This document shows, one piece after another, positions 50,653 through 61,926 of a stretch of 64,000 bases of DNA. Every line of letters begins with the position of its first letter. Within the stretch, counting starts at the first letter, position 1. This stretch comes from Vulcanimicrobiales bacterium (lineage in GTDB: Bacteria; Vulcanimicrobiota; Vulcanimicrobiia; Vulcanimicrobiales; Vulcanimicrobiaceae), in assembly GCA_038231455.1 (NCBI GenBank), contig JBBRLI010000003.1, positions 96,001-160,000 of the forward strand, given 5' to 3'. The position numbers and the translations under genes were made by a program. The notes under the pieces were generated by a model. The model was not told the origin of the DNA. It was given only the letters and a program-made list of their open reading frames with translations, and ran no database searches.

Positions 50653-53600
50653 ATGGCCTCTGCCACCACGGAAAAGCCCAAGTCCCAAACAAACGGGACT
50701 CGCGCTGCTGTATCACCGCCGGAGAACGGGAAGCCGAAAAACGGCAAACCGCCGGCTGCGAAAGCCGCAGAAGCAAAATCTGGGAACGGAAAAGCGGCCG
50801 TCGGTAAACCCGCGGCCGCCAAGCCGACCGTGGTGAAGATCCCCGACTCGCCGGACTTCGCCGCGCGACAGCTGCTCGCGGCGCTGCGATCGATGGCCAA
50901 AGGCGACTTCTCGGTGCGCGTTTCGACGGCGTTGCCCGGAATCGACGCCGACATCGCGGAGGCATTCAACGATGTCGTCTCGCTCAACGCGCGCATGGTC
51001 AAAGAGTTCGAACGCATCTCCGATGTCGTGGGTATCGACGGCCGGATTAAAGAGCGCGCCGAACTGACGCAGGCGCCGGGTTCGTGGGCCGATTACATGC
51101 GCTCGCTCAACTCCCTCATCGACGATCTCACGCATCCGATCGCAGAAACGAGCCGCGTACTTGGCGCCGTCTCGCGCGGCGATCTCTCGCAACAGATGGC
51201 GCTCGAAATCGATGGTCGCGCTCTCAAAGGCGAGTTCCTACGGTCTTCCAAGACGATTAACGCCATGGTCGATCAGCTCAACGCCTTCGCGTTCGAAGTG
51301 ACGCGCGTCGCGCGCGAAGTCGGTTCGGAAGGCAAACTCGGCGGTCAAGCGCAGGTCAAGGGTGTCGCCGGTACGTGGAAAGATCTTACGGACTCGGTCA
51401 ACTCGATGGCCGGTACGCTCACAAACCAAATTCGAAACATCGCCGACGTGACGACGGCCGTTGCCAACGGCGATCTTTCGAAGAAGATCACGGTCGAGGC
51501 GCGCGGCGAGATTCTGCAGCTCAAAGACACGATCAACGTCATGGTCGATCAGCTCAACGGCTTCGCCTCCGAAGTCACGCGCGTCGCTCGTGAAGTCGGT
51601 TCCGAAGGTCGTCTCGGCGGACAAGCCGACGTTCGCGGCGTCGCCGGTACCTGGAAAGATCTTACGGACTCGGTCAACTCGATGGCCGGTAATCTGACGA
51701 GCCAAGTTCGTAACATCGCTGAAGTCACGACCGCCGTCGCCAAAGGCGATCTTACGAAGAAGATCACCGTCGATGTTCGCGGTGAGATGCTCGAACTTAA
51801 AGCCACCGTCAACGTCATGGTCGACCAATTGAACGCCTTCGCATCGGAGGTTACGCGCGTCGCTCGTGAAGTCGGTTCCGAAGGAAAGCTCGGCGGCCAG
51901 GCGCGCGTTGAAGGCGTCGCCGGAACGTGGAAGGATCTCACCGACAACGTCAACTCGATGGCCGGTAATCTGACGAACCAGGTTCGTAACATCGCCGAAG
52001 TCACGACGGCCGTTGCCAAAGGCGATCTTAGTAAGAAGATCACGGTCGACGTTCGCGGCGAAATGCTCGAACTCAAAGGCACCGTCAACGTCATGGTCGA
52101 CCAGCTGAACGCCTTCGCATCGGAGGTCACGCGCGTCGCTCGTGAAGTCGGTACGGAAGGTCGACTCGGCGGTCAGGCGCAGGTCGAAGGCGTCGCCGGT
52201 ACGTGGAAAGATCTTACGGACTCGGTCAACTCGATGGCCGGTAACCTCACCAACCAAGTGCGAAACATCGCTGAAGTTACGACGGCCGTTGCCAACGGCG
52301 ATCTTTCAAAGAAGATCACGGTGTCCGTTCGCGGCGAAATGGCAGAGCTCAAAGGCACGATCAACACGATGGTCGATCAGCTCAACGGTTTCGCATCGGA
52401 GGTCACGCGCGTCGCGCGCGAAGTGGGTTCCGAAGGCAAACTCGGCGGCCAAGCGCAGGTGCAAGGCGTCGCCGGAACGTGGAAAGATCTCACGGACTCG
52501 GTCAACTCGATGGCCGGTAATCTCACGGACCAAGTCCGAAACATCGCTGCCGTTACCACCGCCGTCGCTCGAGGCGATCTTTCAAAGAAGATCACCGTCG
52601 ACGTGCGCGGCGAAATGGCCGAGCTCAAGTCGACCGTCAACGTCATGGTCGATTAGCTGAACGGTTTCGCATCGGAAGTCACGCGCGTCGCTCGCGAGGT
52701 GGGTTCGGATGGAAAACTTGGCGGTCAAGCCCAGGTGCTCGGCGTGGCCGGTACGTGGAAAGATCTCACGGACTCGGTCAACTCGATGGCCGGTAACCTT
52801 ACGAACCAGGTTCGTAACATCGCCGAAGTCACGACGGCCGTTGCCAACGGCGATCTTTCAAAGAAGATTACCGTCGACGTTCGCGGTGAGATGGCCGAAC
52901 TCAAGAACACCGTTAACACGATGGTCGATCAGTTGAACGCCTTTGCATCCGAAGTGACGCGAGTTGCGCGCGAAGTCGGTTCGGACGGAAAACTCGGCGG
53001 TCAGGCCCAGGTGCAAGGCGTCGCCGGCACGTGGAAAGATCTCACGGATAACGTGAACTTCATGGCCTCGAATCTCACCTCTCAGGTACGAAACGTCGCC
53101 GACGTTACGACCGCCGTTGCGAAGGGCGATCTGAGTAAAAAGATTACCGTCGACGTTAAAGGCGAGATGCTCGAACTCAAGGGCACGATCAACACGATGG
53201 TCGATCAGCTCTCCGCCTTCGCATCAGAAGTCACCCGCGTCGCGCGCGAAGTCGGCACGGAAGGCAAACTCGGCGGTCAGGCTCGCGTCGAAGGCGTCGC
53301 CGGTACGTGGAAAGATCTTACGGACTCGGTCAACTCGATGGCCGGTAACCTCACCGCTCAGGTGCGTAACATCGCAGAAGTCACGACCGCCGTTGCGAAG
53401 GGCGACTTGAGTAAGAAGATCACCGTTGACGTTCGCGGCGAAATGCTCGAACTCAAAGGCACGGTCAACGTCATGGTCGACCAGCTGAACGCCTTCGCAT
53501 CGGAGGTCACGCGCGTCGCTCGTGAAGTGGGTTCCGAAGGTATCCTCGGCGGTCAAGCCCAGGTGCAAGGCGTCGGCGGCACGTGGAAAGATCTCACCGA

Positions 53601-56600
53601 CAACGTTAACTCGATGGCCTCGAACCTGACCAACCAAGTGCGAAACATCGCGAAGGTGACGACGGCCGTTGCCAACGGCGATCTTTCAAAGAAAATCACC
53701 GTTGACGTTCGCGGCGAAATGCTCGAACTCAAAGACACGATCAACGTCATGGTCGATCAACTCAACGCCTTCGCATCGGAAGTCACGCGCGTCGCCCGAG
53801 AAGTCGGTTCCGAAGGAAAGCTCGGCGGTCAGGCCGTCGTGCTCGGTGTCGGCGGCACGTGGAAAGATCTCACGGACTCCGTGAACTCGATGGCCGGTAA
53901 TTTGACGAACCAAGTGCGCGGTATCGCGAAGGTCGTCACGGGTGTCGCCAACGGCGATCTCAAGCGCAAACTCACGCTCGATGCCAAAGGCGAAATCGCC
54001 GAACTTGCGGACACGATCAACGGGATGATCGATACGCTCGCAACGTTCGCCGATCAGGTGACGAACGTCGCCAAGGACGTCGGCTTCGAAGGCAAACTCG
54101 GCGGTCAGGCCGAGGTCCCCGGTGCTGCCGGCCTGTGGCGCGACCTTACGGACTCGGTCAACCAGCTCGCCGCGCAGCTCACCTCGCAGATTCGCGCGAT
54201 CGGTGAAGTTGCAACGGCCGTTACCAAGGGCGACCTTTCGCGAACGATCGAAGTCGGCGCGCAAGGCGAGGTCGCACAGCTCACCGAGAACGTCAACGAA
54301 ATGATCCGGAACTTGCGCGACACGACGCGTAAGAATCAGGAACAGGACTGGCTGAAGACCAACCTCGCGCGCTTCACCGGTATGCTCCAGGGTCAAAAAG
54401 ATATCAAGACCGTTGCGAAGCTCATCATGTCGGAGCTCGCACCGCTCGTCTCGGCGCATACCGGCGTCTTCTATCTCAACGAGCCGGTCGATGAGACGCC
54501 GCTGCTCAAACTGCTAGCGGGTTACGCGTTCAACCGCCGCAAGAACATCACATCGCAGTTCGGTCTTGGCGAAGGGCTCGTCGGCCAGTGTGTTTTCGAA
54601 AAAGAACGCATCCTCGTCACCAACGCCCCCGCCGACTACATTGAAATCAGCTCGGGTCTAGGCTCGTCGTCACCGTTTAACATCATCGTGCTGCCGGTGC
54701 TTTTCGAGGGCGACGTCAAAGCCGTCATCGAGCTTGCCAGCTTTGAGAAATTCAGCGAAATCCACTTACTCTTCTTGGATCAGCTGACAGAATCGATCGG
54801 TATCGTTCTCAATACGATCGCCGCCAACATGCGCACGGAAGAACTGCTCAAACAGTCGCAGTCGCTCACCTCGGAACTCCAGAGCCAGCAGCTCGAACTC
54901 CAGCAGACCAACGAAGAGCTGGAAGAAAAAGCCCGCCTGCTCTCGGAGCAAAACGAAGAGGTCGAACGACGCACGCGCGAGATCGACGAAGCCCGTCGCG
55001 CGCTCGAACAAAAGGCCGAGCAACTCGCTCTCACCTCGAAATACAAATCCCAGTTCCTCGCGAACATGTCGCACGAGTTACGCACACCGCTCAACTCGCT
55101 GCTACTGCTCTCAAAGCAACTCGCGGACAACAAAGAGAACAACCTCACGAGCAAACAAGTCGAGTTCGCCTCGACGATCCGCCGCTCGGGTACGGATCTG
55201 CTCACCCTCATCAACGATATTCTCGACCTCTCGAAGATCGAATCGGGAACGACGTCGGTGGACTTCGCCGAACAGCGCATCCACGACATTGCCGATGACG
55301 TGGAACGCACGTTCCGCTCGCTCTCGCTCGAACGGGGTCTTGCCTTCGGGATCTCCGTCGATGACAACGTCCCGCCGGCGATCGAAACGGACTCCACGCG
55401 CCTCATGCAGATCATTAAAAATCTGCTCTCGAACGCGTTCAAGTTCACGCAAGAAGGCCACGTCGAGTTGCGTATTAGCCAAATCGACCGGACCGACACG
55501 ATGGGGAACACGGGACCGTTTGTTGCCTTCTCGGTCTCGGATACCGGCATCGGCATTCCGACGGACAAGCACAACGTGATCTTCGAGGCCTTCCAACAAG
55601 CCGACATGAGCACGGCCCGCAAATACGGCGGGACGGGCCTCGGCCTTGCGATTTCGCGTGAAATCGCCGGCTTGCTCGGCGGCGATATGACCGTTGAGAG
55701 CGAACCGGGCGTCGGCTCGACGTTTACGTTCTTCCATCCGCTTGGCGCACGCAAAGAACGTACGAACGACAACGCGATCATGCTCCCGCCGAAGCCCGCC
55801 AAGGCCGGCGGAGCTGACGCGCCGTTCCGTGCACTCCCGCCGCGACCCGTGGTGGAACGTGCGGCGCAGATCGCGAACGCACGCGCCGGCGAAATCGAAG
55901 TCGACGACGATCGCAATGCGATCAAGCCGACGGACCGCACCGTCCTCATCATTGAAGACGACGCCACGTTCGCGCGGATTCTGCTCGGACTCGCACGCGA
56001 TCGCGGCTTCAAAGGCATCACCGCACACACCGGGGCCGACGGTATCGCGCTTGCACGTGCCTACATGCCCGATGCCATCACGCTGGATATTCGTTTGCCC
56101 GATATCGACGGCTGGCAGCTGCTTGACGCCATCAAAAAAGACCCGACCACGCGCAACATCGCGGTACACGTGATCTCGGGCGAAGAACAGTGGCAGCGCG
56201 CGCTCGACTCGGGCGCGGTCGCGCACTTGAAGAAACCCGCAAGCGAAGATGCGCTGACGGAGGCCTTCGACAACCTGCTCGGTTTCGCGGATAACACGAC
56301 GCGCAATCTGCTTGTCATCGAAGACGACGTCACGCAACTCTCAGCGATGGCCAATCTCGTCTCATCGGGCGAAGTCACCGTCACGGCGGTGAGCACCGGC
56401 AGCGAGGCGCTCGCAGCGCTCGATCGCGGTCGTTTCGACTGCGTCGTCGTTGACCTTGGTTTGCCCGATATCGACGGCATCCAACTCATCGAGCAGATCA
56501 AAGCACATCCGGCGCACGTGCGCGTCCCCGTCATCGTCTATACGGGCCGGGAACTCGACGAACAACAGGAGTCCGCCCTGCGGCGCCTGAGTCAATCGAT

Positions 56601-57099
56601 CATCATCAAAGACGCGATGTCACCCGAACGCCTGATCGATGAGACGAGTTACTTCCTCAACCAAGTCGAGGCGCGACTGCCGAAACGTCCACAAGCCCAG
56701 ATCGGAACGGCAGCGAGCCTCGAGGGGAAGATGGTGATCATTGTCGACGATGACGTACGTAACATCTACGCACTCAAATCGGCACTCGAAGAATTCCGCA
56801 TGAACGTTCTCACCGCGGAGAGCGGAATGGAGTGCATCGAAACGCTGCGCGGGCGCACGGACGTCGACGTCGTTTTGATGGACATCATGATGCCGGAGAT
56901 GGACGGCTACGAGACGATCCGTCGTATCCGAGCCGACAATCAGTGGGTTGCGCTCCCGATCATCGCCCTCACCGCAAAAGCGATGAAAGGCGACCGCGAG
57001 AGCTGCCTTGCTGCCGGTGCATCGGAGTACATCAGTAAACCGGTCGATGTGGATCAGCTCGTTTCGCTGATCCGTGTCTGGCTTGATGTGACCGTGTGA
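50653..57099 (+). pseudogene. Giant poly-HAMP hybrid histidine kinase (HAMP array-GAF-HisKA-HATPase-3xREC; OsaA/group III-like) interrupted by one in-frame TAG at 52654-52656
   Basis: ORFs 50653-52656 and 52699-57099 are in the same frame. [15 protein letters not shown] and three receivers with Asp. Confidence 0.8.
51260..54300 (+). repeat. Tandem 276-bp (92-aa) HAMP coding repeats, about 11 copies
   Basis: ATGGTCGA recurs at 51541, 51817, 52093, 52369, 52645, 52921, 53197, 53473 and 53749. Confidence 0.9.
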
Positions 57100-57938
57100 T
57101 CGAGGCCCGCCCGACCGCACCCGCGATTGCCGAAATCGAGCTTCAATTGATGCTCGAAGCGGTGTACCGCGTGGCGGGTTACGACTTCCGCGAATACGCT
57201 CCTGGCACGCTCAAGCGGCGTGTTGCGGAGCGCGTGCGCGCTGAAGGCGTGAACACGTTCTCCGGACTCCAGGAGCGGCTGCTTCACGATCCGGAGGCGC
57301 TTGGCCGGTTTGTGTACGCGATGAGCGTCACGACCCCGGATGGGCTCTTTCGTGACCCCAATTTCTTCCTTACGTTCCGCGGCGACGTCATCCCGATGTT
57401 ACGCACGTTTCCGTTCTTGCGGATCTGGTGCGCGAATGCGGGTGCCGGCGATGACGCATACGCGCTTGCGATCATTTTGCGCGAGGAAGGCCTCGCACAC
57501 CGTTCGCGCATTTACGCCACCGACGCAAGCGAGATGGCGATCGACCAAGCCAAGGCGGGTCGCTTCCCCGCCGACCTCATTGAAGAATACGAATCGCGCT
57601 ATCGTGAAACGGGCGGGACCGGAGACTTCTCGCGCTACTATGCACGCGACGGCGTATGGGCGACGTTCGATCCGACTCTGCGTCAGACGATTCTTTTTGC
57701 CCAGCACAACCTCGCGACGGACGCATCGTTTAATGAATTCCACGCGATCCTCGCGCGCAACGTGCTCGGTCATTTCTCGAAGTCGCTCTCGTATCGCGTC
57801 CACCAAATATTGCTTGAGAGCTTGGTGCGTCTGGGGTATCTGGGTCTTGGCGCAAACGAATCGCTGCGCTATACGCCACACCAGCGGTGCTACGAAGAAG
57901 TGACCGAAAACGGAAAGATTTACCGCCGCATCCGCTAA
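57096..57938 (+). CDS. CheR-family methyltransferase (divergent)
   Basis: YDFREYA...LKRR, FRDP, RIYATD, HNL and RNVL motifs. GTGA overlap with the kinase. Confidence 0.85.
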   Translation: MIEARPTAPAIAEIELQLMLEAVYRVAGYDFREYAPGTLKRRVAERVRAEGVNTFSGLQERLLHDPEALGRFVYAMSVTTPDGLFRDPNFFLTFRGDVIPMLRTFPFLRIWCANAGAGDDAYALAIILREEGLAHRSRIYATDASEMAIDQAKAGRFPADLIEEYESRYRETGGTGDFSRYYARDGVWATFDPTLRQTILFAQHNLATDASFNEFHAILARNVLGHFSKSLSYRVHQILLESLVRLGYLGLGANESLRYTPHQRCYEEVTENGKIYRRIR

Positions 57939-57992
57939 GACGTCATCGTGCGTTCTCGGTTGCCCCGGGTCTCCTCGAAATTGCTGACGACG

Positions 57993-58868
57993 ATGTCGAC
58001 TCCGCCGCCTTCTGCGGTGGTCTCGCCCGCCGCCAAACGCGCGAACGGCATCGCCTCGGAGCCGACGATCGGTTCCGCTGCAGCGCCTCCGAAAACGATG
58101 CGCGAGGTCCTTGGCAGAGCGTATATGCTGCGCGGATCGATCGCCTGGACGCATGCTGCGAGTGAAATGTTGGGGATCGCCGAGCGCAGCGAGCCAAGCG
58201 GCATCGACGTTCGCGAAGTCATCGAATTGACTGCCGTCGTTCCGAATGGCTCGGGGACGACGACGGTCGGTGCCTTCGCGCCGGTGTCCGACTTTGCATC
58301 GGTGCTCGCGAACGGCTCGATCGCTACGGAGTCGCTTGCGGCAATTCGCTTGCGGCTCGCGCTTAGCGGCGCACGTTTGCGGGTTGTGCGCGACGGCGTG
58401 CTCGCAACGATTGCGCTCGATGCATACAAATCTGACTCACCGTTGCTACCGGTGTCGCTTGAAATCCCGTCGCCTACGCGCGGGATGGGCATCGCCGAAC
58501 GTCGCCGCGCGACGACCGACGGCACGGCATCGTACGAGCTTTCGGTCATGACCTCGCTTCGAATCTCGCAGCTTCATCGTTTCGAGGACGTCCGAATCTT
58601 CGTCTCGCTCGATGGCATCGTCCAGCGTGCCACCGAAGCGGAAGCCGTACTCGATTCACAGCGATTCGGGCTCGGCGCCCTCGTCGAGGCGGCGCGCGTA
58701 AGCGCACATGCAATCGAATCGATCGATGCGCGCACATCCGCCGCTGCGCGAGCGGTCGCGCCGCTGGTTCTTGCCGCGCTTCGAGAATCCGTTGCCATTG
58801 CAAAACCGAAAGAAGAAGAACCCCGACGACGAGCCTTGGGAAAGCCAAGAAAAAACAAGAAGTCGTAA
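57993..58868 (+). CDS. Divergent CoxM/XdhB-like FAD-binding subunit (tentative)
   Basis: IDVREVIEL...TVGA and VRI...RATEAEAVL...ID.RTSA resemble this family. The start is uncertain. Confidence 0.45.
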   Translation: MSTPPPSAVVSPAAKRANGIASEPTIGSAAAPPKTMREVLGRAYMLRGSIAWTHAASEMLGIAERSEPSGIDVREVIELTAVVPNGSGTTTVGAFAPVSDFASVLANGSIATESLAAIRLRLALSGARLRVVRDGVLATIALDAYKSDSPLLPVSLEIPSPTRGMGIAERRRATTDGTASYELSVMTSLRISQLHRFEDVRIFVSLDGIVQRATEAEAVLDSQRFGLGALVEAARVSAHAIESIDARTSAAARAVAPLVLAALRESVAIAKPKEEEPRRRALGKPRKNKKS

Positions 58869-58870
58869 CC

Positions 58871-59986
58871 ATGCGTTTCGCCGGTCTGCTCGCTCTTTTG
58901 TTCCTTCTCGCCTCTTACGAAAGAGCCAATGCCGCGACGCTTCGAATCTTGACGCTACCCTCGAACGCAACGATCGATTTATACTCCGAGCAACGTGCCG
59001 TGAGCGTGAATGCACGAGGTGACGTGGTTGTAAATGTCGTGACGGATCGCGGGTCGAGAATCGTTGCTTGGGATCGAATCGGTAATCGTCGATTGCTCGA
59101 TCCTCCAATCGAAAACGTCCCTGGCGAACCTCGGGTTGACGTAAAGCGCGCCGAGACTGCTTGGGGCGTCATGGCAACCGATGGCCGGGTCTTCGGCGTG
59201 GAAACCTACCCGTTTGAGGGTGCATACATTGGGACCGTGGTCAGGCCATACATTTGGGATCGTGCAAAAAAGCAGATCTTTCAACGCGCACGCTGCGGGG
59301 GTGTCGGTGGTTTTCTGTTTCCCACGGCTAATTCGAGTGACGATCGGATCGCGATGTCGACGCGATCGGTCGATCCCGTGTCCTCGAGAACGTTTGACGA
59401 TGCAACACCGCCCGCGGCATTTATTATTCAAGGCGAGCGGTGCGACGCTCTGGAGATCGGTTGGATCAATTCAATCGCTGGCGTTTATGCATCCGGCTAT
59501 CGTACCTATGAAGGGTCGACGATCGTGTCGGTGCATCCGAACGCGAATCATGCCTTTACGTTTCGAGCAGTTCGCTGGAACGGCAAACGCGCATTGGAAC
59601 TGGGGGCTGGGATTTCTTTTGGCGTGAATGCCCATGGTGATTGCGTGGGAGCAAGTCGTTTGCTTGAGATCGGCGCAGCTTTGCCCGTTCGAGCGATCGT
59701 TTGGCACGGATCTCGCGCGACTACGCTAGCGACGAAATCCCGTAATTCCGTCGCCTATGCGATTAACGAAACGGGCAGGACAATCGTCGGATCGGTGTGG
59801 GACGATCGCGCCCGACACGCCGTTCGATGGCGAAATGGGCGTGAGGAGCGGCTGGAATCGTTCCTGCACGCTCAGGATCCTCCGCAGCTCGAAGTTGCAT
59901 ACGGAATCACGCCCGACGGCTGGATTTACGGAATTGGGCGAAGGCACGGCAGTACGGTTATCTTTTTTTTGAGCGTTTCGAGATAG
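58871..59986 (+). CDS. Secreted protein with HAF-like extracellular repeats
   Basis: Signal peptide. Repeated A..VN..G.VVG / A..W units (SVAYAINETG, SFGVNAHG). Confidence 0.6.
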   Translation: MRFAGLLALLFLLASYERANAATLRILTLPSNATIDLYSEQRAVSVNARGDVVVNVVTDRGSRIVAWDRIGNRRLLDPPIENVPGEPRVDVKRAETAWGVMATDGRVFGVETYPFEGAYIGTVVRPYIWDRAKKQIFQRARCGGVGGFLFPTANSSDDRIAMSTRSVDPVSSRTFDDATPPAAFIIQGERCDALEIGWINSIAGVYASGYRTYEGSTIVSVHPNANHAFTFRAVRWNGKRALELGAGISFGVNAHGDCVGASRLLEIGAALPVRAIVWHGSRATTLATKSRNSVAYAINETGRTIVGSVWDDRARHAVRWRNGREERLESFLHAQDPPQLEVAYGITPDGWIYGIGRRHGSTVIFFLSVSR

Positions 59987-59987
59987 C

Positions 59988-60557
59988 GTGAACGCCTATG
60001 ACATCGCCGGTTTCATCACCGGCGCCATCAACGTTTGGCTTGTCGTCCGCAACAATCCATGGAACTGGCCATGGGGCATCGTCAATGCCGCGATCTTCCT
60101 CACATCTTTTTGGCTCTCCGGGCTCTTTGCCGATTCGGCGCTCCAGGTCGTCTACATCGTTCTTGGCGCGTACGGATGGTGGGCTTGGCTGCGCGGGGGA
60201 AACGCCGCAACCGCGCTGCCAATTACGCGTGCTAGTGCGCGCGTGATCGAACTCTCGCTCGTCGTCGTCGCAGTGATGACCGCCGTCTTTGCTACCGTTC
60301 TCGCGCACGCGCTCGGATCGACCGTCCCGTTCTTCGACGGAATTACGACCGCGCTCTCGCTTGTCGCGCAAGTGCTGCTCACTCGCCGCATGATCGAAAA
60401 CTGGTATTTCTGGATCGTAGCCGACTGCATATATGTACCGCTCTATTTCACGAAAGGTCTGCCGCTCACCAGCGCGCTCTACGCGATTTTTCTCGTCATG
60501 TGCATCGTGGGCGTCGTTCAATGGCAGCGCGAACTGCGAGCGACTGCCCTTTCATGA
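59988..60557 (+). CDS. pnuC: Nicotinamide riboside transporter PnuC
   Basis: WNWPWG, YGWWAW and ENWYFWIVAD motifs in a multi-TM protein. Confidence 0.9.
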   Translation: MNAYDIAGFITGAINVWLVVRNNPWNWPWGIVNAAIFLTSFWLSGLFADSALQVVYIVLGAYGWWAWLRGGNAATALPITRASARVIELSLVVVAVMTAVFATVLAHALGSTVPFFDGITTALSLVAQVLLTRRMIENWYFWIVADCIYVPLYFTKGLPLTSALYAIFLVMCIVGVVQWQRELRATALS

Positions 60558-61555
60558 GGCGCGGCCTCGTCTTCGGAAAATTCCATCCGCCGCATCGTGG
60601 CCACAAGTACCTCATCGATGAAGCGGCCGCCCGTTGCGATACGCTCACCGTCTTGCTCATGGCCTCCGAACGTGAATCAATTCCGTGCGACCTCCGGCTC
60701 GCATGGCTGCGCGAAATGCATCCGCGTACGGACATCCGGCTCGTGCCCGATGAGATGCCGACTGCGTGGTCGCTCGAACGCGAAGATCTTTGGGAAGCAT
60801 TTTCGACGCTCGTACGCAGCGCTCACCCGGAGCCGATCGATCGGCTCTTCACCTCCGAATGGTATGGAGAACGGACGGCGCAGGCTCTACACTGTGAGCA
60901 TGTGGCGATCGATCCGATGCGCCGGACGTTCTCGGTCAGCTCATCACTCGTGCGCGCGAATCCGACCACCTACCTCGATCTGCTGGCGCCCAGCGTTCGC
61001 GCCTGGATCGTTCCGCGCATCGTGATTGTTGGCGCTGAATCCACAGGAAAAACGACGCTCGCTCAAGCACTAACCGCGCATTTTTCCACCGTGTGGGTGT
61101 CAGAATTTGGCCGCGAGTACACGCGCTGGGTCGGCCAAACCCAGACGATCCCATACCGGTGGACGAACGAAGATTTCGTGGTCATTGCCGCCGAACAGCA
61201 AGCGCGCGAAGATACGGCTGCTCGGGCAGCGGCTCCCGTTTTGATCTGCGATACTGATGCATTCGCGACGGATCTTTGGCGGAGACGTTATCTTGACGTT
61301 CGCGACGGTGTTGTGCCGCACGATCTTCCCGGTCGCCGGTTCTATTTGCTCACGCGGAACGACGTGCCGTTCGTGCAGGATGGGAGCCGCGACGGAGAGC
61401 ATCGTCGCACGGAGATGACCGCCTGGTTTGCATCCGCGTTCGCGGTGTCAAACACAGACGTAAATATCGTCGAAGGCCCGTACGAAGGCCGACTGGCGCA
61501 AGCGATCACCGCCGTCGAGCGCGCCCGTAGCGCTGTCATTCCGCTCGAACGCTGA
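60554..61555 (+). CDS. nadR: NadR-like NMN adenylyltransferase / ribosylnicotinamide kinase (no HTH)
   Basis: GKFHPPHRGH, GAESTGKTT, EFGREY, CDTD and VQDGSR motifs. Confidence 0.85.
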   Translation: MRRGLVFGKFHPPHRGHKYLIDEAAARCDTLTVLLMASERESIPCDLRLAWLREMHPRTDIRLVPDEMPTAWSLEREDLWEAFSTLVRSAHPEPIDRLFTSEWYGERTAQALHCEHVAIDPMRRTFSVSSSLVRANPTTYLDLLAPSVRAWIVPRIVIVGAESTGKTTLAQALTAHFSTVWVSEFGREYTRWVGQTQTIPYRWTNEDFVVIAAEQQAREDTAARAAAPVLICDTDAFATDLWRRRYLDVRDGVVPHDLPGRRFYLLTRNDVPFVQDGSRDGEHRRTEMTAWFASAFAVSNTDVNIVEGPYEGRLAQAITAVERARSAVIPLER

Positions 61556-61593
61556 GTCGCTTCGCGTCGTCGAGATCGCGTGCGAATTCGGTG

Positions 61594-61851
61594 TTAAATC
61601 TGCTCGACGCTCGTAATCTCATCGCAAGCATCGCAGACCACGGTCTCGATCATGCCTTTGAGCGTCATCGTTGAGGCGGGACAGCCCCCGCATGCACCGA
61701 GCATCTGGACGTAGGCAACGCCGTTCTCGGCTTTGACGAACCAGACTTCACCGCCGTCCGATGCGATCATCGGGCGGACGCGGTCGAGCGCTTTTTCGAT
61801 CCGTGCGCGTAAGTCGGCGTCTTCGATGGTAGCGGGTTGTTCTATCGCCAT
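61594..61851 (-). CDS. NifU/NfuA-like Fe-S carrier domain protein
   Basis: VRP.IASDGG, GACGGCP and TLK motifs. Confidence 0.9.
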   Translation of the reverse strand: MAIEQPATIEDADLRARIEKALDRVRPMIASDGGEVWFVKAENGVAYVQMLGACGGCPASTMTLKGMIETVVCDACDEITSVEQI

Positions 61852-61926
61852 TGCAGTTTCTTCCGACCGGTCGCGGGTGGTGAAGGTTTCGCCGTACTGG
61901 CGCTTAGGCGAAGGCGCATCACACGC

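Noticed and set aside
51260-54300. Long tandem repeats as a CRISPR array or DGR
   Set aside because: The period is 276 bp, in frame, varies at synonymous sites and encodes HAMP units. There are no spacers, cas genes or reverse transcriptase.
57935-58549. 204-aa minus-strand ORF
   Set aside because: It is an antisense shadow of the + strand ORF, which has the family-like motifs.
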